A stretch of 64,000 nt of DNA, from assembly GCA_951406725.2 (NCBI GenBank), contig OX597816.1:122326001-122390000 (forward strand), read 5' to 3'. The stretch is from Octopus vulgaris (taxonomy: Eukaryota). Made by a program: the position numbers and the translations under genes. Shown here in pieces: positions 55,206 through 64,000 of the stretch (position 1 is its first letter; every line of letters starts with the position of its first letter). The notes beneath the pieces were generated by a model that ran no database searches, was not told the origin of the DNA, and worked only from the letters and a program-made list of their open reading frames with translations.

Positions 55206-56090
55206 CTTTTCTCCTCAGAATATTGGCTTCCTGGAATTTTCTCTGTCCAAGTCCCTCCTGTAGATGTTCACCTCTAGTAGTACAAACGTAACGGTAATAC
55301 CACCAATCTCACAAACCTTGAAGTGCAGGAACCCTTCTTCCAGTCTAAGTAAATTTGTACCACAAACTACTAAATAAAGGAATAACAAGTTCCTGTTCTA
55401 CTATCAATAAAAGAAAATATCAAGAAAATACAGAAATTACGTACATAATTCTACTGTGACACTAGAAACGTCTTACAAGAATATTTCATACTAGAAAAAT
55501 ATTTTAACATACTTCTGTCCATAGCATTCCTTTACCCAAATTGCATTCCTAGTCACCTATGTCCCAAATTCTATAGCAACGTCCTGTCGACTAACTCTAA
55601 TCTATTCTACAATTCCCTTTTTATTAGATATTGGTTAAACTGCAAATTAATTAAAAAGTTGATTTAACCAATAAATTAATTCCTTTCATAATTCAAATAT
55701 TAAGCACCTCTTTGTCTGTATTTATTTTGAAATTAAAGTCATCCAGCATACATTATAATATCTCTTGGAATATTATCTAACGTGAGAAACCTTATCAACA
55801 TAATTACAAATTGTTCAGGTCAGCTCTGATACAATGTATCAATATTTTATTCTCCATGCTAAAACTAATAAGCATTCTGAAATAAAATTTCTTACCGGCA
55901 CCAAACTTTAAATACTGAAAACTCGTACAAATTACCGGTAACAAATCTACAGCAGTATCAATATCTTTAATTATCTGTATTACAAAAAAGCAAATTACAT
56001 TTTTGCATTTTTGTCTATCTAGCTTAGAATGTGTATGTACTTCTAATGCACGAATTAATCTACGTGAAATGGCGGTTTAATATATATATG

Positions 56091-56125
<35 letters not shown>

Positions 56126-56142
56126 ATATGTGTGTGTGTGTT

Positions 56143-56182
<40 letters not shown>

Positions 56183-56185
<3 letters not shown>

Positions 56186-56518
56186 TTAGGGAGTATAACT
56201 CCAAACTTACAGGGAAAACTTCAATTTAGTTTTAAATCAAATTTTACAATATAAATATAAAAAATATAAATTAGAGATAAAAACCACTATTATGCAACTT
56301 AAACAGTGATAGACATAAACCAAAACATAGGTAACAAATAAAAAATATTTTTATAAAACATATAACTAGATCTCAAAAAGTATAAAAATGAATGATCAAT
56401 ATATAATAAGTAAAAAAATTACGTACGTTTTATGACTACAATTAAATTCGAATTACAATTAAGTTTAAATTCAATTGAAAGAAATTCGATTTAAAATTAT
56501 AGTCAATCTTTAACCCGG
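56183..56518 (-). mobile_element. Penelope-like pseudo-LTR fragment with degenerate hammerhead
   Basis: Starts in (TA)n; the minus strand has a long AT-rich stem GACTATAATT...AATTGTAGTC followed by AAAA-CGTACG-TA. Confidence 0.45.
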
Positions 56519-57309
56519 AATCATGTGGCTCGTGAGCAAGCTACTTACCACACAGTTTCGGTCATTCGACTGCAGCCATGCTGGGACACCGCCTACACAT
56601 TTTTAGTCATGCAAATCAACCTCAATACTTATTTTTTAAGTGTGGTGCTTATCCTATCGAACTCTTTTGCCGAATCGCTAGGTTATGGGGACGTACACAA
56701 GCACATGTTGAGAAGGGGTGGTGGTGGTGGTGTTCAAATACAACATAAACACAAATACAGACGGACAGACAGACAGATAAATACATTTATACATATATAC
56801 AGGTTAGTGAAGTGTAAAGCGCTGCATAGGCTTCATGACATGCAAGATTCAATATGTATCTAACTTAGGCAATACGAAACTTAAGAATAAGTTGTTACAG
56901 GAAATGTATGGGCCATCTTCCCTGTTGCCCCTTCACATATTCTGAATGGCAAAGAAGTTCTCTTTAAGCTTAAAAGTACTTCTGTCAAGTGGCGAGAACA
57001 TTTTGACGGACTTTAAATAGGCCTTTTCTGATTCATGACAGTCTTGGTTTTATTCAGATACTCATAGAAGTATCATAAGCTGAAACCCTTTCCCTTAAAT
57101 AAGTTGGAAATGTTGGAAAAATAAAACTAAATAGCAGTAATTGGCTGGGGCATATTGGGGCATTGTTCTGAGGTCTTGAAATATGGAAGTCAAAACCTGC
57201 TCCGGCGCTTTGTCTTGATCTTCGACGTTCTAGAAGAACCGATAACAACCAGTCAGAATTCATCGTACGGTTTGAACTATTCATTCTTTTGATTGCTGAC
57301 TACAAATTA

Positions 57310-57515
57310 TGGTGCATGCCTCCCCCGTTCGGGTGATTTTCCTGAGTCAGCATCTCACCCGCGCACGCCAATCGGTCGCAAGGTTATCCATTTACAGTTG
57401 ATTGGACTGGAGCAGCATGAATTGAAGGTGTTTTTTGCTCAGGAACACAACGCAGAGCTGGCCTAAGAATCGAAGCCATGATCTCGCAATCGTGAGTGCA
57501 AAACCCTAACCACTT
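57310..57515 (-). mobile_element. SINE family C-related fragment
   Basis: 'ggactggagca..tgaa..ttttgctca.gaacacaacg...accctaaccact' is shared with the 17998 copy. Confidence 0.65.
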
Positions 57516-57539
57516 CCCTACTAGTTTCACTTTTATAAT

Positions 57540-57930
57540 TCAGACTAGTTTGGATGCCTTTTGTCAGACATCTATCGCAACTGGCAGTGAAAGAGGAGAA
57601 TTCCTCGTCCTGTGAGTCGAGGTGCGGTAGCGTTACAGTGAAGGTATACAAAGAAATGCTGTCACATTAATAATTTTAGGCGTTCAACGCCGTTAAACGC
57701 AAATTTCAAAATTTTGCCCAAGGTGTTAGCAAAGTGCAACATTTGGTGCTTGTCGTCTATGGTCTAATTGCTGATATGCAAATATTTGCTATCCACGACA
57801 AATTCCATCTCATGTGATACATCATAGCCTGCATGGTGCTCTGATAAATTTAGATCAAACTAATGCTTTCGACAGTGTCAGCAACCACTACTTCCAGGGT
57901 CGACTACCAATGCTAGTGGCTGTTCTAAAG
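57540..57930 (+). mobile_element. L1/Tx1-like LINE reverse transcriptase fragment
   Basis: NNFRRSTPLNANFKILPKVLAK (NFRPITLLNxDxKILAKVL-like) and ALINLDQTNAFDSV. Confidence 0.8.
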
Positions 57931-57931
57931 G

Positions 57932-58442
57932 TTCTCTTCTTCTTCTTCTTCTTCTTCTTCTTTTTCTTCTTCTTCTTCTTTTTCTTCTTCTTCTTCTTCT
58001 TCTTCTTCTTCTTCTTTTTCTTCTTTTTCTTTTTCTTCTTCTTCTTCTTCTTCTTCTTCTTCTTCTTCTTCTTTTCTTTCTTCCTCTTTTTCTTCTTTTT
58101 CTTTTTCTTCTTTTTCTTCTTCTTCTTTTTTCTTTCTTTCTTCTTCTTCTTCTTCTTTTTTTTTCTTCTTCTTTTTCTTCTTCTTCTTCTTCTTCTTCTT
58201 CATCTTTTCTTCCTTTCTTTTTCTTCTTTTCTTTTTCTTCTTCTTCTTTTCTTCCTTTCTTCTTCTTCTTCTTCTTTTTCTTTTTCTTCTTCTTTTCTTT
58301 CTTCTTCTTCATCTTTTCTTCCTTTCTTTTTCTTCTTCTTCTTCTTTTTCTTCTTCTTTTCTTTCTTCTTCTTCATCTTTTCTTCTTCTTCTTCTTTTTC
58401 TTCTTCTTTTCTTTCTTCTTCTTCATCTTTTCTTCCTTTCTT

Positions 58443-58475
<33 letters not shown>

Positions 58476-58548
58476 CCTCTTCCTCTTCCTCTTACTTCAC
58501 TTCCTTCTCATCTTCCATTTTCTTTTTCTTTTTACCTTTTCCTTTTTG
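57932..58548. repeat. Long imperfect (TTC)n polypyrimidine tract
   Basis: Seen directly; source of the poly-F/K/E ORFs. Confidence 0.97.
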
Positions 58549-61148
58549 TCAAATGTTTCTCTACTACATCATCGACTGACGTTTGTATCTTCCTCGATAA
58601 TTCAAAGTAGCATCGTAAGAGATTCTTCATTTCGAAATGGGTTACATTATGTCTTACAGAGCAACAATAAGTTCATTACAGAGTCAGATACCTATCATTA
58701 ATGCACTTGACATTGTTGTTTTGAATATACTTTGAACATATCTTTATAATATGCAGTATGAAATTGTATGTTCAATCGTTTTTGTTTCTCCTGTTGAATT
58801 TGTAACAACTTTTATTTCCATTTGTTTGGATAAATGTCTTAGGGCTCTACTGTAGTAGCTCTCAAATAATTTATACACAATATGCAATATTTCGTGAATA
58901 ATACTAGACAGAAATCACATGATGTTCTGCGCTTCAGACACTCGTATATATTTATATATATGTATACAAACATATTCATCTACACGCATATGTATGTAAA
59001 AGATGTAATGTCTACGTAGCTATCATTTGTTCATGAATGCACAGTTTAAATCTAAAGACGCCATCATTTCTATATTTCCTGTATAACGGAAAAATCTCTT
59101 TATATTGAATGATTCCTTTCAGCTATAAATTAGACTAACTTCCAACAAAATTATTCTTTCGACGCCAAATTACCTCCTACTCAAAATAGAATGCTTCTGT
59201 CTGAAACTATTACCACTTGTTCTCATATTTGGTCTTCAATTCATTAAGAGATGAAAGTCTCGAATTGATCACCTAATTCTTCCAGTCATCTACTGTAGAA
59301 TATCATATGTAGATAACGGTTTGGATCTATTGTCAAAATTAAATACAATTTCCAAGTTTAGCATAGGATGAGCTTACATACTAGGATGTAACTACTTTTA
59401 CTTGTACTTTACCTTACCAAGTATGCAAAAATGAAAAACCTAGACGATCTTCAGAAATAGAACTGAAATCATAAATACAGGTAAATGAAATACTGAAGAG
59501 CATTTGGTCCAGTATTTAGTTGTATCACCTGTGTCTTTTCCTCCTATCAGAAAAAGAATGCAATGGCAAGAATACAACATAACAACAGTTATTTATTAAA
59601 CGAACGAAACAATATCTAGAAGTATGTTAAAATTGTCACGAATAAGAGAAACATACAGTAATGGGAACTTTCTTGTTCAAATTTTATAAAATGCTCTGGA
59701 AAATAATGATATAAGGTATACTCATAGGTGTGTTGCCGCTAGAAGTAGCTTCATGTTCTTTTTTATCTGTGACCAGAAAATGAAGACCAGTTTTATTAGT
59801 TTCACCGTTTTTATCAGACATCAAACACCAGTTACTCATAGACAAAATGCATTAAGTAATACACGTTGCAAATGCTTTCACGGAGTTTTTATTAATCAAA
59901 ATATCAAAGAGTTGAGTCACAGAATTGTAATGGCGTCAGACAAAATACATCGTTTCTGTTTTGATTTCAAATCAAGCTGTTTCTTTCATTTCCACCCTTC
60001 CAATGCTGATAATATAAAATGCCAGTTACGTACGAGAGTTGGTATAATCCATTGTTCCCTCCCAACAAGTTTCTGGACTTGACCCTAACTAGAGATTATC
60101 CATTAATATATAAATATATAAATGAAAACAAATTTAATGTTGCTGCATATTTCATGTACGTTGAAAACCAAATTTGAAACCTGAATAATCTAAATTTCGA
60201 TCACTCTTAAGTCTTAACTTTCTCAACGTTCCCTGTGACATATTTCCATCTTGAGAAAGCTTTTCTAAAATATTATTTCCGTATATATCCCGCAAAAGCA
60301 AAGAACAGAGAATTTGCATATTATTTCTATTTCTCTCTCCTCTGAGCCCGTGCTTATCACCCGATCCAATAGCAGATGAGAAGCATATTGTACTTATTGA
60401 TTTTAGGTAATTTTCACTTTTAGTTGGATAGGATTTAATATCGCCAGAAACCAATATATCTCATACATGGTAACTCATATAGCTTAACTCATATATCAGA
60501 AACTTATATATCTTAAAATCCTGCCACTGGTAATAGTGGTAATATTTATTGCCTTTCAGTAACTACGTAAATATATGTAGCCTTTAAAATATTCAATCTA
60601 CTTTCCGTGGACACAACATAGTTCCAGCCGCTAGATAAAAAAGAAAGAAACAATGATCACCAACCGGTTATTTGATTCTTAATAACTCAGTCTTTAGATT
60701 TCTTATTTCTACAATGCACGACTCAATACGATTTACTCTTTTACATTGTATATTTATTTATCTAAATTTCTCAGTATAAAATGCAGTCGCTAATTTTCTG
60801 GCAACGAAACGAAAACGTTTCTTTTCTGGAGTCATTTAAAATATTTAGAACTTTTATGAAGCAAAGATACCTGTTTGTTTTTAATGTGACAAAATGTTTA
60901 ATAATTATGGGTTAGCAAATAGCTACTAAATATTATTATCTTATTCTTCTATTTGTTTCAGTCATTTGACTGCGGCCGTGCTGGAGCACCGTCTTTAGTT
61001 GAACAAATCAACCCCAGGACTTATTCTTTGTAAGCTTAGTACTTATTATATCGTTCTCTTTGGTCGAACTGGTAAGTTACGGGGACGTAAACACACCCAC
61101 ATCGGTTGTCAAGTGATGGTTGGGGGATAAACACAGACACATTGAACA

Positions 61149-61204
<56 letters not shown>

Positions 61205-61283
61205 GGGGAGAGTTCACGAAAGAAACAAGGAGAGAAAAAATGTGTGTAGTGGCTACCGATCTATCATGAAAAAAAACAACACA

Positions 61284-61365
<82 letters not shown>

Positions 61366-61528
61366 AAATAATAAATAAATATAAGAGAGTGGTCACTATA
61401 TTGCTCACTCTAGCACCAGTTAATCCAAAAGGTTTCAACCACGAAAATACATGTTTACCATGAAAGTCAGTACGATTGTTAGCTCACACGGACAGGGCAA
61501 ATAAAAAATAACAAAAATACAGATTATT

Positions 61529-61607
61529 TTGGGACAATTGTTTCGCTATTAATGAATTAAATGTAATTTTACTTACAAAAAAAATCCATTTGTAGCTCGT
61601 CAGCCAA
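61529..61607 (-). ncRNA. Type I hammerhead ribozyme motif, copy 1
   Basis: Minus strand: UUGG-CUGACGA-GCUA...UAGC-GAAA-CAAUU-GUC-CCAA; complete core, stems I and II pair, palindromic CAAUUG stem III. Confidence 0.8.
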
Positions 61608-62064
61608 GACTATCTGGATGAAATCCACTCAATCACACGCCAGATATTACCATAACGATAAATACGCGTGTGGTTCAATTGATTACATCCGACGTTATAA
61701 TTCAAATGCCCCAACCAACAGCGCGCCAAACTTTCACGGAAAACAAATACAGCATTTAGAAATAAATGCAGCATAATTATAATTAATTAATAAGGGTGAG
61801 AGAATTAGATACTAATTTAATAGCATATTTATTCCACACCAAGTGGCCTAGTGCTTCGAGAAACCTGGATTATTATAATATTTTATAACATATTATAATA
61901 TTTTTACAAAATAAATATAAGAGAGTGGTCACTATATTGCTCACTCTAGCACCAGTTAATCCAAAAGGTTTCAACCACGAAAATACATGTTTACCATGAA
62001 AGTCAGTACGATTGTTAGCTCACACGGACAGGGCAAATAAAAAATAACAAAAATACAGATTATT

Positions 62065-62143
62065 TTGGGACAATTGTTTCGCTATTAATGAATTAAATGT
62101 AATTTTACTTACAAAAAAAATCCATTTGTAGCTCGTCAGCCAA
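62065..62143 (-). ncRNA. Type I hammerhead ribozyme motif, copy 2
   Basis: Identical by eye to copy 1, 536 nt away. Confidence 0.8.
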
Positions 62144-62282
62144 GACTTGTAAAAATATTATAATATGTTATAAAATATTATAATAATCCAGGTTTCTCGA
62201 AGCACTAGGCCACTTGGTGTGGAATAAATATGCTATTAAATTAGTATCTAATTCTCTCACCCTTATTAATTAATTATATATG

Positions 62283-62318
<36 letters not shown>

Positions 62319-64000
62319 TATATATATATATTTATATATATATGTATGTATGTATATACATATGCGACAGGCTTCTTTCAGTTACCTTCTACCAAATCCA
62401 TTCACAATGCTTCGGTTGGGCCGAGGCTATAGTAGAAAACACTTGCCCAAGGTCCCACGCAGCGGGACCGAACGTGGGACCATGTGGTTGGTAAGCAAGC
62501 TACTTACCGCACAACCACTTCTGCACCTATTGTTTACTTTGTTTGAATAATACATTTGGGAGATGCTTGAAAGATACTTTTAGAAGTACATGTTTCTAAA
62601 GAAGAGAAATTAGCAAATTTTAGAAAGAAAATATCTTGTTATTTTGGAGGCTGTAAATTGTAGAATAGAGGAACTCTCATCGAAATTGAAATTTGTATAT
62701 ATAAGAAGGGAACATAAACTGAAAAAAGACAAACGCAAAAAGGAAAAGAACGGAAATTAGATTAGAGAGAATACAACTCAGTGACGATATGCGTTAGTGT
62801 AGACATTTAACGACGCCAATGATTAATGTTTTAAAGAAACAAAATTGGTAATCAATTTGGCTCCAAAATGTTTAAATAATTTGCCAGTTCTTTGTTATCT
62901 GCATGCAGCAAATCAACAAGTATATAAGGCGATAAAGTTATTTGAAATAATTCTGTGGCGACAGAAATAACCATAATACTAGCAACAATAATGCATTTAT
63001 TTCTTTGTATTATTGAGACCAGCAGGAGATAGTTTGTAGGAGACCACTTCAATTACACTACCAAGCCTTTCTTCCTTTCGCAGATATGTTGGGGGATAGA
63101 ATTAAATAAACCGTTATCATTATCTGTTGACCTTAGTTGATTTGCGGTGATAATCTCCAACAATCCCACTCCTCCACAAGAGAGAAACATGATTCAATGT
63201 TTAAAATGAGTAATGGCACTTGTAAATGTATTTCTTGATTGACAAGAACATTGATTTACTATATTGATTACTAGCGAGATAACCTGCTTTGCTAGAGTTA
63301 GAATATGCAGAAGCCATTTATTTTTGTTAAAAACTTGAATATTTAAATTACCTCTAGCAAACGTTCATGTAATATTGTTTCTATGTGATTATATTGTATA
63401 AATGTCTAAACTTGGTTTCATTTACGATTCTACAATGTGCGAAACATCTGAGACTGTATTTATTGGTAATGTTCATATTACGAGTTTAGATAATACCGAT
63501 TATATATTTTACTTTAAATGTTTTCATATAATCCTAAATTGCTTTGCAACACATTAAATAAAAGCAATTTTAACATATATTTCAAATGCTCTGACCAAAG
63601 ACGTCTCCTTCACAGTCACTCATGTATCAGAGATCTAGCTTCGATAGAAACATAGAATTGATAAATCAGCCCCACGAAACCTGAGATACTGTCGATGAAA
63701 CTTGCAAATGGCCATAGAAAAAGCATTACTAGAAATAGAAGCCGCTTCAACTGAAATAGTGTATATGATAGCATGCCAAAAAAACATGAAATGAAAGCAA
63801 ATTCTCCCTTAACGCATTCAATCATAATAGCAACATCATAAGTGCGTTCACTTTTAGTTACTGATTGTAACGAGGGAAGCTGTAGACTGAAGAGAATTGA
63901 AAAAGCTTGTTATATACTTGACTGATTCGTTTAGGTTAACTGTAGAATTAATTGCCTTCTCACTTTGTCTAGTAGCTGATAGATGATGGTAGCAGCAATA

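Larger units (their letters stand above)
61373..62278 (-). mobile_element. Non-coding Penelope-type / retrozyme-like element (direct repeat plus inverted tail)
   Basis: Direct repeat 61373-61611 = 61909-62147 (period 536); 61779-61909 is inverted at 62147-62278; no ORF. Confidence 0.8.
60945..62528 (-). mobile_element. SINE family A split by insertions in its internal microsatellite (tail 60945-61140, head 62362-62528)
   Basis: The two halves are collinear reverse complements of the 9472 copy. Confidence 0.7.

Noticed and set aside
57814-58701. 295-aa poly-Phe ORF and antisense poly-Lys/Glu ORFs
   Set aside because: Read-through of the (TTC)n tract; only the first ~30 aa are a LINE RT remnant
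60152-60454. 100-aa minus-strand ORF (also 17367-17555, 54688-54945, 63616-63825)
   Set aside because: No recognisable domain and no convincing pair of splice sites; length is compatible with chance

Overview
AT-rich, repeat-dense animal DNA, most likely octopus/cephalopod (inferred from three recurring tRNA-headed SINE families, very dense microsatellites and the TE mix). It looks intronic or intergenic and contains no recognisable intact host gene. Most ORFs in the supplied track are translations of microsatellites. The window holds an internally deleted Helitron with both termini (3058-6443, minus strand), several Tc1/mariner relics and MITEs, and fragments of Dong/R4-, Tx1/L1- and RTE-like LINEs. 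It also holds several Penelope-like elements (PLEs), including an uninterrupted GIY-YIG reading frame, and a 4-copy ~700 bp tandem array. The most notable signal is at 61.4-62.3 kb: a non-coding element with two identical type I hammerhead ribozyme motifs 536 nt apart on the minus strand, a retrozyme-like layout that could release a ~536-nt, possibly circular, RNA. Degenerate hammerhead motifs occur in other PLE ends. A few candidate spliced exons (minus strand 31-33.4 kb; plus strand 10.8 and 29.1 kb) could not be assigned to a known gene. All calls were made by eye; no database searches or folding programs were run.
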